A DNA stretch of 50,686 nucleotides, the filler included, from Sphacelaria rigidula (lineage: Eukaryota): NCBI GenBank assembly GCA_964200075.2. It is 3 parts of 3 records of this genome, joined end to end, with 100 filler letters (N's around TTAATTAATTAA, not from the genome) between each part and the next. Parts side by side here need not be neighbours in the genome. Positions count along the whole stretch, not along the records: positions 16,936 to 33,761 come from CAXNAA020001244.1; positions 33,862 to 50,686 come from CAXNAA020001245.1; 1 more part is not named here. One strand, 5' to 3'. Position 1 is the stretch's first letter. Each line of letters opens with the position of its first letter. Shown one piece after another: positions 22,007-33,963 of the stretch. Below the pieces are notes generated by a model. It saw only the letters and a program-made list of their open reading frames with translations. It was not told the DNA's origin and ran no database searches. A program made the position numbers and the translations under genes.

Positions 22007-25000
22007 ATGGAGTCGCCAGCTTCAGCTTGGTCCGCAACACTACAGCACTCGTTCTCGAATTCATCAAGTGCCCTGCTATCCATCCTGGAGACGTTACGAG
22101 ATCAAGAGGACGAGCGGCGTCAGCGCGTAGGCTCCCTCGTAAAATCCCTGCTTCAAGCATGCGGCGGCGGGAGCAACAAAGCCCGGGAGAGAGCTCAAGT
22201 GACTGCGCACGAGGCGCTCCGTCAGGCCAAAGCGTTCAATGCACGCGGTGGTGCTAGCACTGCCAATAATTACCCTGCTTCCCTGCAAAAAGGGGGCAAC
22301 AGCGCCCACCTACCAGCAAGAGAAACAAACAGCAGACTTGAAGCCGTTAGTGGTTGCTTCGCCGAAAGAAGTTTTGCTGCTGACGGCGACCCGACCGGCC
22401 GAAATTTTGCCCGCTACGGCGACGTTGGCGGGGGTACGTCTGCGAGTGTTAATCTACGCGAGAAGGCTGTGGATGATGCGTTCTCAAGACCGATCTCCAA
22501 GTTCGAGCGTGTCCGTGCTGATCTCATGTCTGCCGCTTCTCACGCCACGAAGTGAGGTCAATTAAGTGCTTCCGTTTCTCCTACAGCAGATGTTTGTTCA
22601 TCTGATACAATCTATGGCGTCTTGGTAATTCACAAGAAGAGTACTTGCCCACGGGCTCACGAGCTTTGAAGCTGATTTTGTGCACAATTTCAACGTATGG
22701 AGGAAGTAGTTTCGTCGATCTATGTGCCTTTTTGCCTCGTTCGAGCCCCAATCGGTTCCGCGTAGAGTAGGTCTAATATTCGCCGATCAATCTCTCAGCG
22801 ATGTACATATCTGTGCCGGGTTCGTTTGCGTCGAACCCATACCGACGATAAACATATGTGACTCTTTCGTCTTGGTCGTTTGCTTCTTTTGGTCCCGCCA
22901 GACACCACTTGGAACCACGATGGGCTGCGGTAGAGCTCCTTTCCCTTGTCGACGAGAACCTTGATCCCAACGGGGTATTGCAGCAACCTTTGCAGCCCAT
23001 CTTTGACGCCATTCGAGTATTGCCTGGGCCTGCCGCTGGGGATCTGCTGGTGACCTGCGCTGCTCGAGGAGACATTGGCGTTGTTTTGTTCTACTTTGAC
23101 CAAGGTAAGCTTGGAGAGTGTGTGCGGAGGAACGCCGTGTGTAATGCCCCGTTTGCGACAATACCTTCAGATACACGAATCTCAATTTGGCTTGTGTTAT
23201 GTCACCCACGGATGACATTGTTGGAGAGCTGCGTATTCATGGACTGCCACGATAGGGCGCACACGTGCACGATGATAATGTATAACCATGGGCATGAGTG
23301 CGTCGCAAATTCCCCATGAAATTCAGGGAAGTCATTGCGGTAAGCAGCGCTGCTTTGAGTCGGTGTTTGAGCTGAATTCCCGTTCGACTTAGGTGCGTGG
23401 GCAATCCTTCTGGGGATTGAGTGTTGATGGATGCAAATCGCATGTCAACCATACACTGTTGTCGGCGGCCTGCTTGTACCTGACCTTTAGCTTCTGCGGT
23501 AAGCGGTTGTCTGTCGTCTCCCTCGCCATTCATTAGGTCTGCCCATTGATCACACCCACACCAGTCTCAAGTATCAAGCTCTGCACGCAGCCGCGGAGTT
23601 CGGGCATCTCGATACTTTCCGTCTTTTGGTTGGAATGGGAGCCAAGGTGCTAAACAATTACCAACACTCGGGGGCGACGACAGTTGTATGTGACGTGTTC
23701 GCTTCCACCGTGTATCCAGTTATCTTTCCGTGATATCGTTCCTGTGCCTCTATTCGTTAAAAAACGAAACGCCCGTCGTGTACACCGCTTTGCTATCCGT
23801 TCATGCGACGTCGTTGTGTGAACAAAGTTTTGACCATGCGCGCTTCGTCCGCCTGTATATCTAAGCATTGCGATGAGAAATCGTGATCTACGTTCAACCC
23901 GCGGCGATGCTTGCTTCTACAGATGAGACCCATTTCTATTTCACGAATAGTAGTAAAACGTACTTGTCTTGATTGCGTGCTTGACTTTGTGTCTCTTTTC
24001 CCTCGAAACCGTAAACCCTTCTAAAGATAGATGCCAGAGGGGGACCAGAGGACCGCAGTCCGCTATTTCTCGCCGCGCTTGCCAAGCGCTGGGACGTGTG
24101 CGCATGGCTACTCGACGCCGGTGCAAGCAAAATTCTTCGGGACAGGCGCGGATTTACGGCATACCAGGCGGTCGCCGGCAGCAGCGATCCCGAGGTTCAG
24201 CCGTACACAACCTGAGACATATTTCCGCGCAAATGTCCAGACTGCCGATGCGTGGTCCGATTCAGTATCATGTGGAAACGCAGAGAGTAAAATGAAGTCG
24301 CTAGCAGTGCACGGCAAATTTTACCATTCCAATGTTGTTAGCCGGATGATCAACGTACATCTGCGTCGTGACTTGCGGGTTCAGGCACCCCTCGATCGAC
24401 AAAGTCGAGGAGCCTCCCGTCATAGTTGGATTGTGCGCCGTCGATTACACATCTTTTCACCGGCGTTTCTTGCTCTCTTGTTGCCAACGGATAGAGCGTT
24501 GAGGGCACAGGGGGATATAGATTTTCATGTTCATAGCACCGGTAGCAACTAGAAATTTGGTACCGCTGCAAAACATGCGAGCCAAATACAAAATGACGTC
24601 AAATTCGTGGCTCGACGTTTCCCCTTACAGCATACGCATAGGACGGTGACCGGATAACTTCGTTGAGCCGTCGTCGATATGATACAGGTTTCGGCGCGAG
24701 CGGGGATGCTGACGGATCCCCCCCAGAGAGTGGTGTCGGTAACGTGTCGAGGCATCTCGCACAATACTCTTACCGTTGTTTGGAGCGACCCCCTTCGGAG
24801 TTACGACGAAGAAAGATTCGTTGGTTTCCTGGTGCGATGTTGTTTTGAAAGCCGAAAACGTTTTATTTACAACATATACCAATACCAGAGACTGAAACTA
24901 GAGCATTACTTGGGTCTCAGTAAGCAACGTATTCTGACGTCAGTTTGGACATCGGACTAATGCCGAGATAGCCCCCTCATAAGAAGTGCACCGGAGACCG

Positions 25001-28000
25001 TCCGACAAACCGTCTGCGATCCCACTATTGGACTCGTTTGCAGCGTTTTCGCCCACATGAGAGGCGTGCAGCAGTCCGCAATCAGCTATAACGCCGAAAT
25101 GAGTCGCGTCGTGCGGGGCGAAACCAGCTCTGACGGCATTCATGATCATCGCCTCCGTGCACTTTTTTGGCCGGTTCGGGGGGGAAGGGGGGGCTATCTC
25201 GGCAGCAGTCATCGGGTGTATCAGTGCATACACTCGTGTGTCCGTGCACTCGCGCGGGATTGACGGAAGATTCATGTAATCACTCTGCTTTTTTGCTGGT
25301 CATGATATTGTGTTTAACGGGTCTACTAACAGGAGGCTGCGGGCGAAGCACAGGAGCAAAACACCCGCGTTGGTAATGTATCACCGTGACCTAACCGCTC
25401 TCTCTCGTCAAACGGCACGTTATGTACGACCTCCAACAATTTTGGTGGCTAAAGGTGGAGTGGAAGCCCATGCGCGCGCGACCAATATACCCCGCCCACA
25501 GCAAATACCTCGCCGAGCGAGAGAAAGCTCCTAAGCATTCCAAGAAGAATGAAGGTCAACCAGGGCTAACAAGGGGGATCGGGGCAAGGCCTAGCACCGC
25601 CGCTGGGTCATCTGCTACACCGGCTGCAGAAGCTGGGTGCGGGGTGACTGAGAGGTATGACTTCCGAGAGGCTCGTACTTCGGTGTGTGTATGACCCTCC
25701 GTCTTGATATGCGGATGACTTGCCTCGCGTGCTTGCGGTTATCGTTATAGTGTCGTTGTTTCACGAGCTTCCGTGCGCGGGGGGGCTTGTGTGAGCTGAA
25801 AGGCGGTGGGAGGATCGGTCACACATGTTGGGCAACATTTGACGGGCAGCACAACTAACCACGTCGCATCGAGATTTCGACGCAGGAGACACGATGTCAA
25901 GAACATCTATAAGCACACGTATTGACCATTTAGGGGTTCTCTCCTCCTCATTATGATCGGTAGAAAAATGCGCCCTGTCTTTCGCTGAACCCGGCCGGAC
26001 GGTCCTGACGCAGCATATCCGAGCGAGCCTGTAAAAACACGAATCCTGCACTGGATTGTATCGCCAGATTTTCCGCGTGGCCTTTGCTTTGGAGGTCAAA
26101 CGGCCGATGCAGGTACAGTTAACCGTACTGCAACGAGAACCCGCGTGCCTGCAGGGGTCTCACGGACCCTCCGCGTCGACCACACACAAGAGGAGGGGAG
26201 ACAATGCTGGATGTTGACGGTCGAGGCCAAGATCAACCATGGAAGGGTCGGGATGTCGAGCGATGCCCGCTGTTGATAAAGGGGCTCTATCCTGCCATGA
26301 ACTACGTGGTGAGGTGCATGCTTCCGACTTGAAACCCGTAGCAAACAAGTTAAGCTCACTCCAGGAAGGGTGAGGTGGGTTTGATAGGATGTAAACTCCG
26401 TGAGTTTGGCCAATTTACCTACCTGCTGCTTGAACTAGGCATACTCTCATCGCTGCAATGAACTTCCTGACACAGAGTGCACCGGTTGACCGGCACCACC
26501 CAAACGTGACGCCCTGTTGTGCGTGCTTTGTTTCACTCACGATTTCTGCAAGGTAAGAGTTTCGGCGCGAACCCTCGCTGGCTACGGACCTGCGTCCCGC
26601 GAGGCGCTGCTTCGAACAAGGGCCGCGCCGCCCTCTGCTCCGCCGAGAGCGCCGTTTATGGTTTCTGCCACGCCCAGTAGCGTAACGATCGGCTGGTTGC
26701 CGCCGAAATACGAGAACGGTGAGAAGATCGAACAAGAGAGTTATCCGACCGTATGATACCGCCGGGGACGTGTACGTTCATGTGCGACCTCATTGTATGT
26801 AAATCTCACGTGCACGTGAGAGTCGTGGTAAGGTTTGTACGCCGCCCTCCCCTGAGCTTTGCGCTTTCCAGCTGCTGCTCTCTGCGCCTGTAAAGTCAGC
26901 ATTGGTGCTCCTTTGCCGTTCGATCCTCTTTCGTACTCCACCTTCAGGTCAGCTGTTGCGTCGTTCTTGCTACGCGGATCGGTTGGCATGTTTGTACGAA
27001 TGGAGCTTCTGTTACTGAAGTACTCCCTCACGTGGCCTTTTACGCTCTATTTTCCACTTCAATCTGCCATGAACAACGAACAAACAAGGCGAACCAATGT
27101 TGCGTTACGAGATCCAGCGCTTTGTTCTGGACAAGAATCACCCAGACTGGGACGTGGGGCAGCGGAGCGGCAGCCAAGAGGGCGACACCGCTAGCACCTC
27201 CGCCACTAGTCAGACTTCCGACACGTCCACAACCGTCACTACTACCACCGCCACAGTGGAGATTATCTCCAAAACAGACATAAGGAGCACAACAGGCAGT
27301 AACTTCGCTACGGTCAAACCCGGCGCCAACATCGCCGTGAAAAATGAAATCACCACACCCACCGACCACGGAAAGCAGCCAAGACGACCAGGCGATGGTG
27401 CAGCTACTGCGGCAGTGGAAAATAACGCGAGCTCGTCGACTGTGAAGCCGGCACCCTTCGCATGTTTGCCCTCGATCAATGCCAACCCTCAGGCCATACA
27501 TGAGTCTGGGGCAGTAGCGGGTGCGGAAGTAGCACCGGTATCGGCCGTTCAATCGGCGGAGGTGAAGGGAGATGCAGAAGTGAAAGCTGCAGCGGCAGCG
27601 GCAGCGGGGGCTGCTGTTGAAAAGGATGTCAGCTTGATCGGGGTGTGGACAGGTCAAAAAACCGAGAAGATGGTGCCATACTTCACGACATGCGGTCTGC
27701 CAACGTATTGCAGGTATAGGTTGGGATGTGCTGCCTGGTGCGATGAGCACAGGGCCTGGTCGATGGGAATGACCTTAAAAACAATGACGAAAGTGCCGCC
27801 GTATGTGACATACGGTGTCATGGTTCTGAGCCGGCATCACGAATCAGCTACGCACTCGGAAGGTCATTGGAGAGAAAAAAAAAAGCATGTACATCACGGG
27901 ATCACTCCCAGGGGTGACGACGCACTCAACGATTATTTTTTGCACCTAGCCCTCACAAATTCTACGAAAATGTGCAAGTCATTCTCTCTACAAAATTCCT

Positions 28001-31000
28001 CACGCTCAGTAGGGCAAAACAGAGAAATCCGCCGCTAACTGTCCTGCTACTCCACCTCGACAGAGCAAAGTTTCGTGTTCGAGCGGGAAATGTAGTGGGC
28101 TGGGGGCCTTTCAGTCCAGCTAGTGGCCCTCTGGAGGCACAAGACATAATCTTACCGATAAAGCGAGGCCCCACGCATATGCTGGTGCGCTGGTTCAACA
28201 AGCCGGATGGAGACGTGATGCTGTGGGAGCTCTCAAGAAGGGTACGTGTCTTTCTTCATGTGATTTTCTGCATCCCCGTGCGATACTGCTTTACCTTAAG
28301 CACACGTGTATAGAGAGGGGAAAAGCGCGGAGGAAGCCGTTTCGCGTAAGATAGGTGGGGGGCCGATGCCGCTTTGAAATGTCGAGAGGCTTGATGTGAT
28401 GCTGTGGAAGCCTCCAAGTGCATGACTGTTGAGCCTCGACAACCGATTCGATGGTACACATGTTTCGCTTGGAGTGAATCCCGGGGGTACCTGCACCTTC
28501 ATTTTACGAATGTCTACACGCGGTATTATTGTGACGCGCCAATCAGAGGTAAAGCACCCAAAATATGTCACCAATAACAGCAGGCTGCTTTCAAGTGGCG
28601 GGTGAAGAGAAATTCTGAAGAGAAAAAAGAAAGAAACAGGAAACGTGGGGTCCAACGTGAACATCCGTTCGAGCAGAAAGCACTTGCCACGCGACCGCTA
28701 AACTTCCCCCCGATTCCATTGCCACGCCGATTCCAAATGTTTCTCCACAGGGGTTCAAGTACGGCGCCGACTTTCGAGGTGACGACGACGACAGTTGGAT
28801 CGTTTGTTCCAAGAACATTCCTGGCCTAAGAGGCGGGGAAAGCACTTTCCGCTGCAAGGGTGCGTGGAGCGAGTTGGACGTTCTTCAAATGGGTAGACTT
28901 TGCCCCGTGGTGCTTTTTTGTGCAATTACTGTGATATATGAAACAAAACTGTAGCTTTCACCCCTAGAGTTGGTCCTCCTGGTGGCACAGAACAATGTGA
29001 CTTCCATCGGAGCTGTGGCCTTCACCCTTTTTTATTGAATTGGATACGTCCTCGAAAACGGAAACAAAGATATCAGGGGTCATGCTATGGTAGAGGTTGC
29101 ACGTGTGGGCCCAAACGTTTCTTCTCCAAGGTCTCCTCAACTTAGGAGCTACACAAGAATATGAGCCAGCCTATTCCCGCTCTCAAATTTATTCGTGTTA
29201 TCTCTAGCTGATCGCAATGCCAATCGTGGCGGGCTCTCTCATATTTCATGAGTGATTTTTGGGGTAAAATTGAGGGCTGCTGACAATTCCAACCTGACGT
29301 GAAATTTTCGTGCACCCCTACTGTAGCGCCGCTCTCAGCGATATATCGTGACCGGCTCAACGGTGGGTCAGCCGTGTTTACACTCAGCTGCGTTCACTCT
29401 GAGGAGAGCATCTACCCTCGTTACGGTGAAAAATATACCTCTCCCCGCCCCCCTTCTCCCCTCCACACACACATCTGGGTAGGCTTGTTTGCAGGCACCG
29501 AGTATCAATTTCGGCTGAGGGCATTCATCAATGGCTCGTGGCAAGCCCGCGAAGAATCTATCGTAAGCAGTCCCTTCCGGACTGTGTGTGCTCCTCCGGA
29601 TCCTCCGGCGAATTGCCCCAGCTTCCGCCAGCTAGAGTCCGATCCGCTAGTGGTAGGGAGGCGACAGGATACGGGGGCTTTGCTAGCAAGGGAGCGCCGT
29701 CGTCTTTCCGACGGCAGTAGTCTTCGAAGATCCAGTAACGACCGCGATAGTGGTGGTCCAGACAACAGTGGCGATCGAAGGAGTCTCTGCGGGGGTGGTT
29801 TGCCTCCACTGCCGGTTGCGGAGCAGGAGAAGGGAGACGATGGAGAAGGCACACTTGTCACCGGGGAACACGAGAAAGAGAACAACATGCAAGCGTCATC
29901 CTCGGGAGTTGCTGCTGCGGCGGCTGCATCCACGTCGATTGTGTTGGAGTGGGAAACAGGGTGCCCGAACGGCGCAATTGTTACCAGCTATGAGGTGAGT
30001 GCGACAACGCGGTCCCCAAAACACGCACCAGAAACGCATGTTCCTCAGGTTTCTTTGGATATATGGGGATTCTCGCTTGGAGCGTTGTGCGCGCTTTAGT
30101 TTCATTTTTTGTTGCAAGGGTGCGTTGCGTCAGGTATCGTAGATATGTTTGTGATTGTTTGTCCTCGCATGTAGTCACGTGCGTGTGTATGTGTGTGTGT
30201 GTCAACAAGTTTATGCTTCCCCGCGGGTCTCCCACTTGTACACCCCTTCACACAAATCTCCGAGGTCCCCCGAACATTCTCCATCGCCCTGGATGATCGA
30301 GGTGGGATAAACGAAAATCATGACGCCGTCCCTTTCTCAACGTCCTCCACCGTGGCACCAAGGTTTGGGGCCTGGCAGACGAAGCCAACGAAGAAGCAAC
30401 GTGCAACGGCGGAGGCGGTGGTAGCGAGTGGAGACTAGCTATGATAACCGACGCGGCGCCAACGACGACGTTGAGCGGTCTGCGGCAGGTGTAACTAATC
30501 GTTTTGGCGGCACGCGAGAGTAGGGGAGCGAGTATTGCGTTTTGCGGGTACGGTGACGGGAGATGTGTTGCTTATTCCGACACATGTTTGAGAGGGGTTT
30601 ATTTTCCATGAAATATCTTACCCATGGAACGGGGTTTGCGTAGCACGTCTAGATCCGGACACCGCCGCCGTCTGCTGATGGACCAAAGGTGCACCCTGCC
30701 CTCGCCGGGTGGGGGTCACGATGATACGAGTGAGTATTCGATTATCGCGCCCGTTCATGGTCATTGCCTGTATCTTAGTAAGGATACGCAAGAGAATGTT
30801 CGAAAAATAGGGAGCATGTATCATCCATTATGGAATTGGGATTGAGTCGCAGTCTATTTGTGCGTCAGTACCCTCTCTTCCCTTACCTTTCAGTTCCGTT
30901 GCATGTACTACATTTCATCCACTTTTTCTTGCGCACTCCCGTCCCGCATGCGCACTGACTTAGGCACAGCCCTATCGCTTCAAGGTTCGAGCACGGAACG

Positions 31001-31167
31001 CGCTAGGATGGAGCGACTTCGGACCGCCAACGGCCCCGCTAATTATAAACCCTTTGCGCCCGTGCCAGGCTCCTGAGCTCGACGAACAGGGCATAACCTG
31101 GCTGGCACTGCGGCTGCGGTCACCACCCGGCTCAGGACTGCTTCTCGGGTTTGAGCTCCAGATGTGG
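22007..31167 (+). CDS. Ankyrin-repeat + multiple fibronectin type III domain protein (at least 14 exons, ~1150 aa visible, 3' end not found)
   Basis: Phase-consistent exons: 22007-22551, 22902-23104, 23537-23646, 24027-24194, 24688-24831, 25455-25654, 26155-26308, 26553-26718, 27089-27713, 28064-28241, 28751-28859, 29483-29994, 30363-30488, 30964-~31163/31167. Ankyrin motifs: ALHAAAEFGHLDTFRLLVGMGA and SPLFLAALAKRWDVCAWLLDAGA. FN3 motifs: TLTVVWSDP; IKGLYPAMNYVVRVSARTLAGYGPAS; SVTIGWLPPKYENGEPMLRYEI; FRVRAGNVVGWGPFS; GLFAGTEYQFRLRA; SIVLEWETGCPNGAIVTSYEV; YRFKVRARNALGWSDFG. Confidence 0.9.
29082..29327. mobile_element. ~247-bp MITE, family A copy 2 (in an intron of the ankyrin-FN3 gene)
   Basis: TIRs atgctatggtagaggttgca ... 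tgcacccctactgtagc. Interior blocks resemble 36430-36679 (caaatttattcgtgttatc versus caaattcattcgggatatc; acaattccaacct versus acaattctaacct). Confidence 0.75.
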
Positions 31168-33761
31168 GTGCGGTTGTTGCGTGCCAAAAGCTCTGTTCGA
31201 ACTGGTTTCGCAAGAGCATCGAGCGCCGTCTTATACTGGCCCGCCCCATAGAGGCACTGTAATGCCTTGACTGCGTTGTACTCTCTGTACAGTATTGTCT
31301 GCGGTACGTTTGTTGGCTTGCACAACCTACGCAACATAGCAACGAGCTGTGTCATACAGATAATTGTGCAGCGGCTCGAAAGTTCTCTGCCGATCGTTGA
31401 AGATACAAAACCGCAAAAGACACGAACAGACAGCATGCGTCATAACATTTTCTCGATATCAAAAGTGATGCTTTTGGTCGAAAGTCAGCTTTTTCTACGT
31501 TTGTGGAATCGGCATTGTCAGTTGAAAAGTTACTGCGTGACACTGATAGCCAACCCTGGTGGTCACAGGGGTAACATTCCGACGAGTTAGTCGTTGTATA
31601 TATTAGCTGAAAGAAAACAAACGTCGTTAAACGATTCTTCGAACTCTCGACTGGTTACCGTCCTACACTTGCATTCAACGTATTAACCGGAAGAAAAAAA
31701 TGGAGTGCATGGCATCACGTGCGATGTGCATAGCCTTCTCACTGTGCAGCGGCGTATTGACGAGTGGAATGTTTCGATACTCGATATCCCTATTCCCTTC
31801 CTCTTAGTGATACTTCAACACAACGAGTCGCTCTCTATTATAACCCGTAAAGTTGACGACTATTTATCCACACATGTCCCGCAACGTTATTTGAATTAAG
31901 CCTTTGACCGAAAGGGGTAGGTGGTCTGTTGAATCGGCATCTACACACCTGACATTCAGCCTACCTAGCGCCCATGTTTCGTGTATTCATAGAAAATGCA
32001 TATAAATAACGTGTTGCCATTCAAAACCGACGCTCAATCAGAAGCTACGCTCTCAATCTCTCGAAAATGTCGTCATGTGTCGTTCAGTACGTCCATAGTT
32101 CCGTTGGGAGCATCCATTGGGCTAGGTTGGGAGGATACACATCAGTGCTTTCTGCTACTGTAAAAGGGAACGTCACCTTATACTCCCACTGTGAGTAATA
32201 ACTTTTCGGTAGCAACAGAGGGATGAGCTACACTACTTGGCTCTTTGCGATGTGGGATCGCGAGCAAGATGAATGTTGGTGACACGCAGTATGTACACCT
32301 GTCTGCTGCACTGATCGACAACAAAATACGGATAGTTTAAATATGCGCCGCCAATATCTATGAAAATGGCGACTTTGTGACCGGCCGAGGACACGGCGAC
32401 GGAAATTCCCCCGAAACTTGACTGAACAACCGACGAAAAAACTGAAGTGATCACAAAGTCTGAGTATGACCGTTTCAAGCCGGTCCAACCTATCTGCACT
32501 TCCACCACTGGCTAAAGGTCATACAGTTAGACACAAGAGCACAGCGTTTTTTTTATGAATGGCCAAGACTGCCTCTTACCAGCAGATGTCGTTATGAATC
32601 TCCTCGCTACCGTCCTTCACACTACGTGACAATTTCACTCACGAAAGCTGCTGTCTGATATCCCTGATGGATATCTCAGATAGATGTGAGATCCCACATA
32701 GGTGTCCCACACGAATATGGCACGGTATTGTGAGACATTGTCGATCCGACACTGTTATGGGCGCGCCTGACCCCCCAAAATGGGCAAAAAAAGGGTCACC
32801 GACCAAAACCACGAAAAGACACGAGCAGATCGACTTTTGGGGCTTATCTAGGCCCGTCGGGTAAAATATGCCTTACGTCATCGGAAGAGAACGACATGAA
32901 TGCTAAATTCATAGAGAACCCTACCGCTACTTCCCTTCATGTTCCTCATATGTTGCATGCCACTGCGTCGCTTTTCGTCCGCGCTTGCGATACGCTGGAA
33001 TGCTAGGAGGCTAGTTGGGTTGACCCAACCCAACGCACACCGAGAACCCTCGGGCAAGGGCGGTACATACATCCTCTGAACAAAGTGAGGCCTTCGTAGA
33101 GCCTAAATTTACGCCTGTGGCGCCGATTTCAACGAAAACACGTTCTGCTCACACGAGGAGCCGACGGGACTGTCAGTCCTAACTGAATTCCGATTCCCGT
33201 TGTACACACTCAAACCAAGTAACATCAACCATGAACATTTGTAGCCCCACGCCGGTACAGTAACTGAAACCGGAACGTTGGACCATTTATTTTATGAAAC
33301 GCGGATTGAAAATTGGGGCAAACTCATATGCTCAATATGCGACAGAATCATATGTACTGATAAACTTCAATGAGGACGGCCTTTACATAGGGTGTGTCGT
33401 GCAGGCCGAGCGGATGTTGGTCGACTTCCTCGTCATGTTTTGAGGAGTTTGATTTATCGGACCCCATCGTTCTACAGCTTTAGCGGATGAATGACTCGCC
33501 CTGTGCAAGTGTATTTGTTGTTCCGTGGGCATGCCTTTTCATTTCATGGGTATGCACGATTTTCATCGGACTCCCAAGATGTCGTGTTCCAAGAGGGAAC
33601 GAAAAACCGTCGGCCGTCACCCACCACTGCCGAGACAACGGACGCGTGTCTTAGGACGGGTTGGTGCACTGAAAGGCATGAATGAGGCTTCGGTGCCATG
33701 TGACTTCAGCAAAAGTGGGCCGACGACTTTATGCTGTCTTTTGTGTCGTCTTGACGCAGTA

Positions 33762-33861
33762 NNNNNNNNNNNNNNNNNNNNNNNNNNNNNNNNNNNNNNN
33801 NNNNNTTAATTAATTAANNNNNNNNNNNNNNNNNNNNNNNNNNNNNNNNNNNNNNNNNNNN
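33762..33861. other. Artificial contig linker (44 N + TTAATTAATTAA + 44 N)
   Basis: Same structure as 16836-16935. Confidence 0.95.
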
Positions 33862-33931
33862 GTTGTTGGTGGTGCTCGGGTGCGGGGCGGGGTTGCTTGC
33901 GGGTGCCGTGGGGGGGTCGGGGGGGGGCGTG

Positions 33932-33963
<32 letters not shown>

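Noticed and set aside
30972-31436. 154-aa minus-strand ORF overlapping the last visible FN3 exon
   Set aside because: Antisense to a well-supported exon, with no motif or splice support.
33862-33962. Poly-G tract / poly-proline ORFs
   Set aside because: Directly at a contig end and probably low-quality sequence.
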